A stretch of DNA of 64,000 nt, taken from positions 112,718,001-112,782,000 of the forward strand of contig NC_086097.1 of NCBI RefSeq assembly GCF_963921235.1, in the 5' to 3' direction. Origin of the DNA: Mobula hypostoma (Eukaryota). The notes beneath the pieces are model-generated. The model was not told where the DNA came from. It saw only the letters and a program-made list of their open reading frames with translations, and searched no databases. A program made the position numbers and the translations under genes. Below are positions 37,031 to 51,640 of the stretch, in pieces. Each line of letters starts with the position of its first letter. The stretch's first letter is position 1.

Positions 37031-37552
37031 AGCAGCAATCAAATTATCAGAATGGGGTTAATTATGTCCCCAGTGATCTATGTTAGCACTGCAAATATTC
37101 CAAATCAAAATCAGATTCTAAATCACTGACATATGATGTGAAATTTGTTGCTTTGTGATAGCAGTACAGCAATATCTATAAATGATGAAATTAAATACAT
37201 AGCGCAAAAAGGAATAAGGAGTAGTGTCCATGGGTTCATGCGCTATTCAAAAATCTGATGCAGAGAGAAAGAAGGTGTTTCTGAATTTGAACACCTGTAC
37301 CTCCATCCTGATATTAGTAATAAGAAGAGAACGTGACCTGGATGAAGAGGGTCCTTACTGATGGACGTCGGTTTCTGAGATATGCCAGCTTGAGGATAGT
37401 ATTGATGGTGGAACTTTTGTTCCCTTGCTGGAGCTGGCTATGTCTATAACCCTCTGCAAGCTCTTGCAATCCTGTCCATTGGAGTCTCTATGCCAGGCTG
37501 TGATGCAACCAGTAATATTGGTCGCCACTGTGCACCTGTAGAAATGTATGTA

Positions 37553-37833
37553 TTTATTGGGATACAGCGTGGAATATGCCCTTCTGGCCCTTTGAGTTGC
37601 ACCACCCAGCAATCCTCGATTTAACCATAGCCTAATGACGGTACAATTTACGAAGACCAATTAACCCACACTAACCGGTACGTCTTTGGAATGTGGGAAG
37701 AAACCAGAGCACCCAGAGAAAATCCACACAATACAGGGAAGGACATACAGACTTCTTATAAGGAAATGAACTCCAAACACTGAAGCCCTGAGCTGTAATA
37801 ACGTTACACTAACTAGTAGGCTACTGTGGCACC
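37553..37833 (-). mobile_element. V-SINE/HE1-like SINE inserted in a Rex1-type fragment (37100-38105)
   Basis: Collinear with 32695-32986. Confidence 0.7.
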
Positions 37834-38324
37834 CAAGGGTCTTTTTCTAGGGGTCTTTGGTAAATTACCAAATCTCCTCAAACTCCTAAGGAAGCTGAGT
37901 AGGTAGTGTACCTTCTTCATGATTGCATTTATTTTTGAAACGTCGATGCCGAGGAATTTGAAGCTACTCAGCCTTTCCACCGCCAACCTCTCAATGAGAA
38001 CCAGTGTGTGTTCTCCAACTTCCTTATTTCAGAAATCCACAATCAATTCCCTAATCTTCCTGATGTTGAGTGAGCTTATTGTTGTGTACCACTCAACAAG
38101 CCAACTAACAACATTAGCAGACGTGGGTGATGAGGAAGGTACATAGTCATCTTCTGATGACATTGTAAGCATTGAAAATGGAGACATTAATTTTTTTAAA
38201 AAAGCAATACATTAAATGAAAGTGAAAAGAAAAACTACATAAATAAACTTCAGTAGGGACCAATCTTAAATAATCACCTTCAACCTAACATTTTTAAGGG
38301 TGGAGGATCAAACAAGTTAGAGAG

Positions 38325-38714
38325 TTTATCATTCACTCATTTTGTGCCATGTTGTATGACATGGGAGATCATGGCCTTTCCATGAGGATGATTGTTCCTG
38401 GAAAACTTTTCTACAGAAGAGGTTTATCATTGCCTTCTTCTGGGCAGTGTCTTTACAAGACGGGTGACCCAGCCACTATCAATACTCTACAGAGATTGTC
38501 TGCCTGGCATCAGTGGTCACATAACCAGGAATTGTGTTATGCACCAGCTGCTCATACGACCATACGGCCTGCTCTCATGGCTTCACGTGACCCTGACTTG
38601 GGGGGGAGGGTGTTTACGCAGGTTCTACACCTTGTCCAGGAGTGACCTGTAGGTTAGCAGAGGGAAGGAATATCTTACACCTCTTTGGTAGCGATGTACC
38701 TCCACTCCGCTACC
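38325..38714 (-). mobile_element. SINE-like element with RTE-type tail
   Basis: Minus strand reads gaaggcaatgataaacc...catggcacaaaatgagtgaatga, resembling RTE-mobilised SINE tails. Confidence 0.5.
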
Positions 38715-40009
38715 TGAAGCGTGTGCATATACTTAATAAAATGTCAAGGCCAAGTACCACTAATGACTAAAAAGACAAACTAAATATTAGTCTTTTTATC
38801 TAGACGAGACCAAAGTAGGTAGAAGTTATGTCACAAAAGTTTGATTAATTCATGCATGGAAAATAAAGAATTGCTTAAAGAGTTATTCCTTAGAAAGGAA
38901 CTATTGTCCTTGGAGGAGTAAACAGCAGTCATTTACCAGAATGATATTAAAGCCTGGAAACACATAAGAATACATAGAATTGACACACATAAGAATTTTT
39001 AGGCCCAAAGATTATTCGCAAGACTCCAAACCCATCTGTCCGTTATCCAATACACATTACTGTAAATGATCAAATAAATCTCACATGTTGAAGGTGGAAA
39101 TTACAAGGGAAGTATGTTCGACAGCTAACTGTGGATGGGGGAAGGAGGAATGATAAGTGGAAAAGACCAGGTATGATGTGGAGAGGGCATCATGGCAGAT
39201 GATGATTGACTGGAGTGAAGAGTAGGTGAAGACTGTTGAGATAATTTAGAGGAAAAGAGAGCAGAAGAAGGGAAATAATTGGGAAAGGACAGTGCTTTCT
39301 TTCATCTATGTATATGAAAGAATAAACCTGCATTAAATGGTTTGGAAAACAAGCCCCATTACCTAACTGTCCCTGCTGCAATGTATGCTTGATAACATGC
39401 TCACTTCCCATATAACAGGGGGGGTCTCTGTATAATGAGGGTACACTGTGATGCCAAAAGAATATGCTTCAAGTGTTCAACATTGCCTTTAATCATCTAA
39501 AGGAAAGAGTGTTTGATGGCCAAGATTTCAAATTTTACTCAGCAAACAATTACTCTGAGGTTTCTTTAAGCAGACATGGATGAGCTGCAGTGGATATTTC
39601 AGAGTGCTACAGGCAGATGTACTGCCGATGATGCCTCTGTAAATTCATCACTGTCTCAAGCAGCACAGGTGAACCAACATCACCATTCCTTAATAGCATA
39701 ACACCCATTTCAGTGCCCCTTTTCTCCTTTTCACTAAAGTAATATGCTCTTTCACAAGTAGAAAACTGTTTCACTTCAATTACTGCATTGTACAGAAATA
39801 CTAAACGTCAAAGTAACAGAATGCCTGCAGTAATTTTTCAACTGCAGCATTCCAAGTGTTTAAGCTGAGGGAGTTGAGGAATTCAATCCATAGACCTTAC
39901 ACAGTTGCCAGAATTTCCAATAATGTCCTGAAAAAAATACTGAATGGAAAATGATAAGGTAAAAGTGCAACCATGAACCAAATAACAGAGCAATATTTAT
40001 AAGAGAAGA

Positions 40010-40325
40010 GAAGATTTATTTATCACAAGTACATTGAAACATTGAACCATAGTGAAATGCATTGTTTGTGTCAATGACCAACACAGTCCAAATATTGTAC
40101 AGCTCACAAGTGTTATCACACTTCTAGCGTTAACGTAACATGAACACAACTCACTAGCCCTAACCCTTACCCGTACGGTTTTAGAATGTGGATGGACAAG
40201 GTATCAGGAGGAAACGCACATGGTCACGGGGAGAATGTACACACTCCTGACAGAGAGTGTGGGAACTGGATCCCGATCAGCAATCAGGGGCACTATAAAG
40301 TATCACTATAGCCACTATGCTGTAG
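40010..40325 (-). mobile_element. V-SINE/HE1-like SINE
   Basis: ggaggaaacgcacatggtcacggggagaatgtacacactcctgacag. Confidence 0.7.
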
Positions 40326-43089
40326 CCAAACAGTCTGAAAATATTGAAAAACAGGGCCAAATCGTCATCTTTAAAGGATTGTGAATGAATCAATTTGACC
40401 TCCATTTAAGGCAAATTAAGTGTGTTACTTTGCAGGCAATCTTTCAAACTTGGCTGATTTTGCTATGCCACATCATTCAGGCTTTCTGTGTCCAAGTCCA
40501 ACATAATCTCTCTTAACTATGTGGAAATGGACACAACAGAAGATAATTCATTTCTTTTGGCCCGTTCCACCTTCAGTCAGCATGATCTTAACCACTATTT
40601 TAGTTCAGTACACTGCTATACATTCACCTAACAAATACCTACCAAATGCCCTCCAATCCTAGCTTTGAAATCATTGTTCTGGTCTCAGTAGATTTGTGGG
40701 GGAGGGAATTCTAACTGTGCACTGCTCTTTGAGTTAGGTTCTGCATTCAGATGTAATCATAGAATGGCATTAATCTTATGATTATGTGCCTTTGTTGTGG
40801 ACTCCCCCACCAGAGGGAGCTTCCCACTCGCTACTTTAATTAATCCTTTAATCATTTTAGCAATCTCAATTAGACGACAATCTCTATGCTGATCATAGTA
40901 CAAGCCTGTTCTCATTAGTTAACTCTTGTATCACTCTGATAGATCCTCATATCACCTTCCCCAAGCCTGCTATCCTTTCATGGACAGTGTACACAGCAGT
41001 TTGCATATAGTAGACACAGTGTTATACGTGCAGGAATAAAAGCATATTCCACATAACATAACACTTCCATATATGGAATACTGCCAAAGGTAGTCGTTTT
41101 CATTCCTGATCATTGGTGATTCCATGCCAAGGTGTGATGCAACCAGTTAGGATACTCCCCACTGTGTATCTGTAAAAGTTTGTCTCTGTTTTTAGTGACA
41201 TACCAAAACTACAAAAACTTCTAAGAAAGTAGAGGTGCTGTTTTTGCTCTTTTCCATTGATGCTGCCTGACCTGCCGAGTTCCTTTATTCAATAACCAGC
41301 CATTGGCTTTGCTAATGTTGCATGAGAGGTTGTTGCTGTGGTACCACACCACCAGATTTTTAATTTCCCTCATATGCTGACTATCATCTCCTTTGATTTG
41401 GCCAATGACAGTGGTGTAATCAGCAGACTCCATCAACTAAAACAGTAGCTGCATTTGGCTGTGCAGCAGTCACAGCAGGACCTCAGCCTTATAAAGACAT
41501 CCCTTATGTTGGCTTGACAGCAAAACAGACACTATAACTGCATTGGAGGTAATAGAGGTGGAAAAGAGAAGGAGGAGAATAGTTGCTTCACTGATGGTAC
41601 CTCAAGAACAGCCATCTCATGGCCCAATCAGAAGCCCTGGCTGAATACAGAGGTACACTCCCTACTAAAAGCCTGGGACTTGCCTTCAGGTCCAGTGACT
41701 GAACAGCTCCCAGAGCAGACAGGAGAAACAGTGGCTTAGGCATCAAGAGGGCAAAGGCTGTCTTACGCACAAAAAAATTCAGGAGCAGCTATCTGGTAAT
41801 GATGCCCAGCGTATACGGCTGGATATCAAGGGTATTACCGATAATGCAAGGAAAAACGGTGTTGATTGTAACAGTGACGCCTCCCTCCCAGATGCTCTAA
41901 ACAACTTTTACACCCACCTTGAGACATGCAACACTAGGCTGGCCACGAAGGCTACCTCCCCCCCACCCCCACGCCCTTCTAAGTGAGCAGCCACTGTCTG
42001 AAATGGCAACAGCAACACTCGACCTGCTTATGGACTGTTTGCCCCACTCCCAACAAGAAGGAGGCTACGTAGCATCCATGCCAGGACTACCAGACTCAGA
42101 AACAGTTAACTTTTCTCAAGCAGTAAGGCTGATCACCACTTCCACCCACTAACGCCATCAATACTTTAAAAAATCAATCTATGCACATGAACTCTCTTAT
42201 GTATCTATACTCATTGTGATTTTTTAGTTGTTATTGTTTCCTTTATCTTTTCTGGGGGGAGGGGCACAGTGTTGGTGGTGCATTGGATCCTGAGCAAAAA
42301 TGATTTTGTTCTCTTGTCACTTGTGTACAGGAATTGTCTCTAAACAATCTGGTATTGGGTTCACTGCCCGCAAAGCCCTAATTATAGGAAGATTATCCCG
42401 TATCCACCTACTCTTCAAGGACTAGCTTACTTCCCTATCTATTCTCTGCCATGTAGTCTAGCTGCCAATACCTATTGCTTGAGTAGTGGGTTCCACCTCT
42501 CTCCCAAGGAGGAGATACTTCCAGCTAATGAAGTAGTTTAAACACAGTTTTGTTCTATTTTTAATTACCTCCGATATTTTCTAATATTATGCTGTTTTTC
42601 TACTAGTTGACATTGTTTACATATGATGTTTCTCAGATACCTTTGCCTTAAAAAAGTAATTCACACCGATGATTTAAAATCTTCTGAGGGCAGAGATCTG
42701 AGATGCTTAATACTAATCCTGTGAGGGCTGATTCTTTGAGTATACAAATATCCCAATTATTGTTAGATCAGCAATGCTTGTGACCATGTTTGATGTGAAA
42801 ATTGACATAACCCCTTTGCCTTATGCTTGGCTAACACAGACAGGAAGACCCATGGTCACTTCACTTTGCAAACCATATCTCTTGAGAAGCCAGCCCCAGC
42901 TGTGGGCCGGTAGCTTGTGCCCTGTCAACAATGCTGTTTGCAAAATTGTGCTTTTAATTGCAAACTGATTCCTGGAAGACTGGTTCTCGTTTACAACAAG
43001 AAGCTGAACAAGCAATATTTGCTAGAAGCTTAACTTTGTCACAAACAACTTTGATCCTTTGGAAAGGTCATGCTGCTGTGCTAGAAAAT

Positions 43090-44125
43090 GGAGGGTAGCA
43101 TTAAGCATCTCTGGTCCATCACACTCCACTCTGAACATCTCCTCCACACTCATCATCAGCAAAGATGCCCCACAAGCAGTAGTGTTAGCCCCCTGCACTA
43201 CTCACCTTATACCTATGATTGCCCAGCTAAGTACATCTCCAAAGCCATATTTAAGTTTGCCGATGATACTACTGTTGTTGGTCGATTCGAAATAGGAGAG
43301 AGATTGAGAATATGGTTGAGTGGTGCTACAACATCTACCTTTCATTCAATATCAGTAAAACCAAAGAGCTGTTTATCGACTACAGGAGGAAGAAGCTGGA
43401 GGTCCATAAACCAATCCTCATTAAGGAATCTGAGGTGGAGTGTGTCAGCAGTTTTAAATTCCTTGGCATTAATATATCAGAGGATCTGGCATGACAGTAT
43501 CTCTACTTTATTAGAAGTCTGTGTAGATTTAGCATGTCACCAAAAACTTTGACAAACTGCTATTGATGCACAGTGGGGAGTATCCTGACTGGTTGAATCA
43601 TTACCTGGTTTGGAATCACTAATGACCAAGAATGGAGAAGTCTTAAAAATACGCGATGGATACAGCCAGCTCATTACAGGTAAATCTATTGAGCACGTTT
43701 AAATGGAGCACTGCCACAAGAAAAGCAATAGCCATCATCAAGGACCCACATCATCCAGACCATTCTCTCTTTTTACTGCTGCCATTGGGCAGGGGGTTCA
43801 GAAGCCTTAGGTCCCACACCACCAGAATCAAGAACAGTTATTACCCTACCATCAGGCTCCTGAAACAACATGGATAACACTGAAAATTGTGCAACCTACA
43901 CTCACTTTCAAGGTCTCTTTTACAACTCATGTTCTCAGTATTATCATTTTTTTTTAATTTGCATTTTATGTCTTCTTTTGCACATTGGTTGTTTGTCAGG
44001 CTTTGTTTATGTATTTTTTTTTGTAAATTCAATAGTATTCCTTTAATTTCCTGTAAATGCCTGTAAGAAAATGAATTTTAGGGTAGTACATGGTAACATA
44101 TATATAGTTTGATAATAAATTTATT
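43090..44125 (+). mobile_element. Rex1/Babar-type LINE 3' portion
   Basis: IFKFADDTTVVG, NISKTKEL, FKFLGINI, IIKDPHHP, and the 3'UTR. Confidence 0.85.
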
Positions 44126-44354
44126 CTGAGCAGGGGATGGGGAGAAGGCAGGGGAGTGGGGATGACTGGAAGAATTGGACCAGCCTATGATTGAATGGTG
44201 GAGTAGACTTGATGGGCCAAATGGCCTACTTCTGCCTCTATATCTCATGGTCTTATGGTCTAAATAAAGATCCTATTGGATGAAATGTCCTGGGGGTGCA
44301 AATCTCACACCAACTCTCATGGTCCTAGAATCCATCCCACACAATCTAGAAAGC

Positions 44355-45030
44355 TCACCAATGCCTCTTCTTTCTAAGGTGGTTGAGGAGAGTTGGACTA
44401 TGCACATCTATCTCACGCCATTCTACAGATGCACAATAGGGAGCATCCTAACATGCTGCATAACATCGTGATATGGAAACTGCATTGTGGCAGACAGGTG
44501 GCTCTACAGCACATAGTCAAAACTGCCCAACATATCACTGGCACCAGCCCATCTGCCATCAAGAACATATATCCAGAAAGGTCCTAGAAAAGGGCCTGTT
44601 ACATCATGAAGGATCCCACCCACCCTGTTCATGGGCTGTTTGTCCTACTCCCATCCAGGAGGAGGCTGTGTAACATCCATGCCAGGACCACCAGACTCAA
44701 AAACAGTTACTTACCCCAAGCAGTAAGGCTGAGCAACACCTCCACCCACTAACCCATCCCTCCACACCCCCTACCATCATGACTTTATCATTTCCTGTTA
44801 GTCACCTTATGGGCAGACAATCCTGTGCCTAATGTAACTTTATGGACATCAAATCAATCTATATATAAGTTATTTTACATATTTATATTTATTGTGCTGA
44901 TCTTTATTATTGCGTTCTTTATCTTAGTGTGTTTTTTTGTGCTACATCAGATCCAGAGTAACAATTATCTTGTTCCCCTTTACACTTGTGTACTGAAAAT
45001 GACATTAAAGAATCTTGAATTGAATTGATT
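44355..45030 (+). mobile_element. Rex1/Babar-type LINE 3' portion (different subfamily)
   Basis: FYRCTIGSILTCCITS; IMKDPTHP; tail aatcttgaattgaattga. Confidence 0.75.
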
Positions 45031-47034
45031 TGAATTAAAGAAATTAACTTCAGATGCTATGGCTGTGGAGCAGGAAGGGCAGTGTCCTTAAAGGTGGTAG
45101 GAGCTAGATGAAAATGTCATTGTGTCTGGACACATAATGGCTTGGTATGGCAATTGCTTTACAGAGATTTGTGGACACAACCTAGCACATTACAGGAACC
45201 AGCCTCCCATCTCCCATCACCTGTCTACATTTCTTGCCACCTCAGTAGGGCAGCCAACATAATCAAAGAAGTCCTGTCCCCCACCGCACCCCCCACGACC
45301 CCAGAAATTCTCCCCTATCTCCTGTCCCTTCAGGCAGAAGATACAAAAGCCTGAAATCACACACCACCAGGCTCAAGGACTGTTGTCAGACTCTTGAATG
45401 GATCTTTTGCATGATAAATTGGACTGTTGTCCTCACAAATTACCTCATTATCATCTTACACTTTATTATATACAGGCACTGCATTCTTCTAGTAGCTTTT
45501 AACTTCTGTTCTGCATTGTTATTGTTTTCCATTATTCTAGTTTAATGCTCTGTGTAATGATTTGAACTATCACAAGACAAACTTTTACCGTACCCTGAGC
45601 TTTGTGACAGTAATAAACCGACAGCAACAGCAGAACAATGAAGCTCTGCTACAAAACCTGTCAGTGATAAAGCAGGATCGGAATCAGGTTTAATATCATC
45701 GGAAAATCTGGTAAAACCTATTGTTTTGCGGTAACAGTACATTGCAAAAAGAAGAAAAATAGAAAATAATGTGAGATAATGTACATGGGTTCATTGTTCT
45801 ACAGAAATCTGATGGTGGAGAGGAAGAAGCTATTCCTAAAACATTCACTGTGTGTCTTCAGGATCCTGTGCCTCCTCTGCGATGGCAGCAATGGGAAGAG
45901 GGATGTCCTGGGTGATGGGGGTCCTTAATGATGGATGACACCTTTTTGAAACATCACCTTTTGAAGGTGTCTTCGATGCTGGGGAGACTAGTGCCCATGA
46001 TGCAGCTGGTTGAGTTTGCAACTTTCTGCAGCTTTTACCAGTCCTGTGCAGAGGCCCCTCCATACCAGATGGTATTGATGCAAAGCGATATCACTGTTTC
46101 ACACATAGATACTCTAAATATAATAAGTTTAATTTTAACTTTCAATGCATTGCTTAGCCATTAATTAAAATGGCATTAACAAGGTAAACTTTCTTTGGTT
46201 GCTTGTTGAACACAGGATGATGATGCAACTATTAATAATGCAAAGTAAGTCTGGGCCTGGTGTTGCTGCTTCCCAGGGGATAACACCCTTCAGACAATTC
46301 CTTTCCTGAAAGAAGGATATACCTTTACAGAAAGAAACACTCTAAGTCTACATCAATAAAATCCTTCCTTTCTCCACGTAGCCATTGGCACACTTCAGCA
46401 GCTGTAACTCTGATTGAAGAGAGAGATGTTGATGACTAAATACTTGCTTGGTGAGAAGTTACTAGATCTATAACTAGTAAGTCACAATTCTAAAGATGTT
46501 ACAATCTAGTAATGTCATAAAGTGTAATCACAAAGTTCAGCAACAAATTTGTTACAAGTGTTTGACAATCTTGCAAGTTGGTGGGCTACATCAGATTTTA
46601 AATGCAAGAAAGTCTACATCAAAAGATCAGTAATTTGCTAATGTGATCCTCCTGAATGAACCAATATTTTGGATATTTCTTTTCAAGTTACATAAAAAAT
46701 TACATACATTTTCCATGGTCACTTTCCTGAGGAGTTAAGTTTCTGGCACAATATTGTTTCATTCTATAGAAATTGCCTTGTTGGATTGAATTAATCCTTA
46801 GAACTCTGTAAGTCTATTTTGGATACATCTTAGCAAAACGCCTACATGACTTGAAATCTTTTTACTGCAGGATTGGAAACGAGGATCATTTGTGTCAAAA
46901 GTATAAATTTCAGATGAAAATCCTTGAGAGTACCTGTGTTATGGGAATTCATATTAAGGCAGAATAACCATTTAATTTATGTTAAGAAGTAATATTAGAT
47001 TACAATTGTATCAATTGATTATCAGTGCTATGTG

Positions 47035-50017
47035 ATAGTGACGGTAAGATGGCAGTTGAATGCATGGCTGAGGAATTGGTGCAGGGGGCAGGGTTTTAGA
47101 TTTCTGGATCACTGGGTTCTCTTCTGGGGAAGGTGGGACCTGTACAGATTGGATGGGTTGCACCTGAACTCGAGGGTGAGCAATATCCTTGCAGGTAAGT
47201 TTGCTAGCATAGATCGGGAGGGTTTAAACTAATTTGCAAGGGTGATGGGCTCGGAGTGATAGAGCAGTGGAAAAAGTGCATGGAGTAAAGCCAGATCTAA
47301 CATATAGAGAGGCTTTGAGGAAAGAGAAACAGAATAAAGGGTGTAAAGGTAGTAACGTAGAAGGGCTAAAGTGTGTGTACCTCAATGCAAGAAACCTCAG
47401 GAACAAAGGTGATGAACTGAGAGCTTGGATACATACATGGAATTATGATATAGTGGCCATTACAGAGACTTGGCTGGAACCAGGGCAGGAATGGATTCTC
47501 AATATTCCTGGATTTCAGTGCGTTAAGAGGGATAGCAAGGGGGAAAAAAGGGGAGGAGGGGTGGCATTACTGGTCAGGGATACTATTACAGCGACAGAAA
47601 GGTTGTGTAATGTAGCACAATCCTCTTTTGAGTCAGTATGGGTGGAAGTCAGGAACAGGAAGGGAGCAGTTACTCTATTGCGAGTATTCTATAGGCCCCC
47701 TGGTAGCAACAGAGATACAGAGGAGCAGATTGGGAGGCAGATTTTGGAAAGGTGCAAAAATAACAGGGTTGTTATCATGGGTGACTTTAACTTCCCTAAT
47801 ATTGATTGGCACCTGATTAGTTTCAACGATTTAGATGGGGCAGGAACATTTTTAATTGGGGAAGGGCAAATTATGAGGCTATAATGCGAGAACTTGTGGG
47901 TGTGAATTGGGATGATGTTTTTGCAGGAAATGTACTATGGACAGGCGGTCGATATTTAAGGATCTCTTGCTGGATGTTAGGGATAAATTTGTTCCGGTGA
48001 GGAAGATAAAGAATGGGTAGGGTGAAAGGATCCATGGGTGACAAGTGAGGTGGAAAATCTAGTCAGGTGGAAGAAGGCAGCATACATGAGGTTTAGGAAG
48101 CAAGGATCAGATGGGTCTATTGAGGAATATAGGGAAGCAAGAAAGAAGCTTAAGAAGGGGCAAGAAGGGGGCATGAGAAGGCCTTGACGAGTAGGGTAAA
48201 GGAAAACCCCAAGGCATTCTTCAATTATCTGAAGAACAAAATGATGGCAGAAGTGAAGGTAGGACCAATTAGAGATAAAGATGGGAAGATGTGCCTGGAG
48301 GCTGTGGAAGTGAGTGAGACCCTCAATGAATACTTCTCTTTGGTATTCACCAATGAGAGCGAACTTGATGACGGTGAGGACAATATCAGTGAGGCTGATG
48401 TTCTGGAGCATGTTGACATTAAGGGACAGGAGGTATTGGAGTTGTTAAAATACATTAGGATGGACAAGTCCCCTGGGCCTGATGGACTATTCCCCAGGCT
48501 GTTCCACGAGGCGAGAGAAGAGATTGCTGAGCCTCTGGCTAGGATCTTTATGTCCTCGTTGTCCACGGGAATGGTACTGGAGGATTGGAGGGAGGCGAAT
48601 GTTGTCCTCTTGTTCAAAAAAGGTAGTAGGGATAGTTCGGATAATTATAGACCATTGAGCCTTACAGCTGTGGTGGGAAGGCTGTTGGAAAAGATTCTTA
48701 GAAATTGGATCTCTGGGCATTTAGAGAATCATAGTCTGATCAGGGATAGTCAGCATGGCTTTGTGAAGGGAAGATCGTGTCTAACAAGCCTGATGGAGTT
48801 CTTTGAGGAGGTGACCAGGCATATAGATGAGGCTAGTGCAGTGCATGTGATCTACGTAGATTTTAGTAAGGCATTTGACAAGGTTCCACACAGTAGGCTT
48901 ATTCAGAAAGTCAGAAGGCATGGGATCCAGGGAAGTTTGGCCAGGTAGATTCAGAACTGGCTTGCCTGCAGAAAGCAAAGGGTCGTGGTGGAGGGAGTAC
49001 ATTCGGATTGGAGGGTTGTGACTAGTGGTCTCCCACAAGGATCGGTTCTGGGACCTCTACTTTTTGTGATTTTTATTAACGACCTGGATGTGGGGGTAGA
49101 AGGGTGGGTTGGCAAGTTTGCAGACAACACAAAGGTTGGTGGTGTTGTAGATAGTGTAGAGGATTGTCGAAGGTTGCAGAGAGACATTGATAGGATGCAG
49201 AAGTGGGCTGAGAAGTGGCAGATGGAGTTCAACCTGGAGAAGTGTGAGGTGCTACACTTTGGAAGGACAAACTCCAAGGCAGAGTACAAAGTAAATGGCA
49301 GGATAATTGGTAGTTTGGAGGAGCACAGGGATCTGGGGGTGCATGTACACAGATCCCTGAAAGTTGCCTCACAGGTGGATAGGGTAGTTAAGAAAGCTTA
49401 TGGGGTGTAAGCCTTCATAAGTTGAGTGATAGAGTTTAAGAGTCGCGATATAATGATGCAGCTCTATAAAACTCTGGTTAGGCCACACTTGGTGTACTGT
49501 GTCCAATTCTGGTTACCTTACTATAGGAAGGATGTGGAAACATTGGAAATGGTACAAAGGAGATTTACCAGGATGCTGCCTGGTTTAGAGAGTATGCATT
49601 ATGATCAGAGATTAAGGGAGCTAGGGCTTTACTCTTTGGAGAGAAGGAGGATGAGAGGAGACATGGTCGATGTATACAAGATATTAAGAAGAATAGATAG
49701 AGTGGACAGCCAGCACCTCTTCCCCAAGGCACCACTGCTCAATACAAGGGGACATGGCTTTAAGGTAAGGGGTGGAAAGTTCAAGGGGGATATTAGAAGA
49801 AGGTTTTTTACTCAGAAAGTGGTTGGTGCGTGGAATGCACTGCCTGAATCAGTGGTGGAGGCAGATACACAGTGAAATTTAAGAGACTACTAGACAGGTA
49901 TATGGAGGAATTTAATATGGGGGGTTATATGGGAGGCAGGGTTTAAGGGTTGGCACAACATTGTGGGCCAAAGGGCCTGTAGTGTGCTGTACTAGTCTAT
50001 GTTCTTTGGTCTATGTA
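47035..50017 (+). mobile_element. CR1 LINE (third family): ORF1 esterase end plus ORF2 with an internal deletion near 47845
   Basis: DGLHLN...EGLN*; NARNLRNK, ITETW, GDFN; NYRPLSLT, DFSKAFDKVPH, PQGSVLGP, FADNTK; tail ctatgttctttggtctatgt. Confidence 0.93.
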
Positions 50018-50301
50018 TGATTAATAACAGAGTGATTTTCATGAATTAGAGTTTAATAAGGCTACTCTTAATTCTAATTGTCATTGATGGTAGTGAACAG
50101 CATCCATCATAGCTGATTTATTTCCTTGTGAGCAAATTTAAATATCTGTTTTCCATACCTAGTTGTGGTAAACTATGATGTGCATTTCAAAGAAATTATT
50201 CAGTTAGGTATTTAACCCTTGAGTAATCCTGTAAACTTAAACCAGGGATCGATCTGAGAAGCATGTCTTGAAAGGGCTCTTTGTTTGCTATCCTACTGAG
50301 T

Positions 50302-50510
50302 GAATGTGCAGCTGAGGGCTGACAGATCTGAAAGTGTAGGCTTTGACCAAATTCCTTGATGTGGATGACGAAGGTAACCCCCTCATTTACACATTCACAT
50401 TAGGAATGAGCAGCAGAGGGCTGACAGATCTGAAACCATGCAGTTTGACCACATTCCTTGATGTGGATGCAGAAGGTAACCCCCTCTTTCACACATTCAC
50501 AGTAGGAGTG
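50302..50510. repeat. Tandem duplication, 102-bp period, about 2 copies
   Basis: gaatg.gcagc.gagggctgacagatctgaaa...ttccttgatgtggatg..gaaggtaaccccctc starts at both 50302 and 50404. Confidence 0.9.
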
Positions 50511-50759
50511 CTTTATATACAAGAAGTAATAGTTGGGCATATTTACTGGTATCCTCTCATTATATAATGCAATATGTGTTGTGGCCACAGGCAAGTCCTT
50601 TCAGACACAGAGTTGTTATTCATCAGCTCTGCCTCCAGGAAAACTTTCTAGTTATTAAATTGTCACTGACAGCTTAGCTGTATATGAAGTCCCATATATT
50701 GACAGCCATATGGTTCCTCCTGCAAATCCCACTTGGGATCATTTGTATCTTCTTCCTGA

Positions 50760-51640
50760 CCTCCAACACCATATACAGATTTGCTGATGACACCACTGTT
50801 GTGGGCTGTATCAAAGGTAGTGATGAATCAACATACAGCAGGAAGATTGAAAATTTGGCTAGGTGGTGTAATAATAACAATCTCTCACTCAGTGTCAGTA
50901 AGAGCAAGGAACTGATTGTAGACTTCGGAGGATCAGAGGTGGAAAGAGTCGGTAACTTTAAGTTCTTGGGTGTCACTATCTCAGAGGACCTGTCCTGGAC
51001 CCATCATGCAAAGAAAGCATGACAGCACCTCCATTCCCTCAAGAGTCTGTGAAGATTCAGTATGTCATCAAAAACCTTGGCAAACTTCTCTAGATGTGTG
51101 ATGGAAAGTGTGCTGACTGGCTGCATTATGGCCTGGTATGGGAACACCATTGTCTTTCAGTGGAAAATCCTACAAAAGGTGGTGGATCAGGCCCAGTACA
51201 TCATGGGTAAAACCCTCCCAACCATTGAGCACTTCTACATAAAACATTGCCACAGAAAAGCAGCATCCAGCATCAAAGATTCTCACCATCCAGGCCATGC
51301 TCCTTTCTTGCTGCTGCCGTCAGCTAGAAGGCCTCAGGACTTGCATCACCAGGTTCAAAAGTAGTTATCACCCCTCAACCATCAGGCTCTTGAACAAAAG
51401 GGGATAACTACACCCATTCTGGTGTTCCCACTTTTCTGATGGTCTCACTTTAAGGACTCTTTATCTTGTCATCTCATGCTCATTATTTATTGCTACTTAT
51501 TTGCACAGTTTGCTGTCCATTGATACTGTTCACAGTTACTGTTCTAAAGTTCTAATGTATGCCCACAGGAAAAAGAATCTCAGGGTTCCATGTAGTGACA
51601 TGTACTTGCTCTGATAATAAATTTTACTTTGAATTTTGAA
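50760..51640 (+). mobile_element. Rex1/Babar-type LINE 3' portion
   Basis: IYRFADDTTVVG, SKSKELIVDF, FKFLGVTI, ESVLTGCIMAWYG. Confidence 0.85.

Noticed and set aside
36565..37042. Leu/Ser/Pro-rich ORFs on the minus strand
   Set aside because: These are translations of a GA microsatellite tract.
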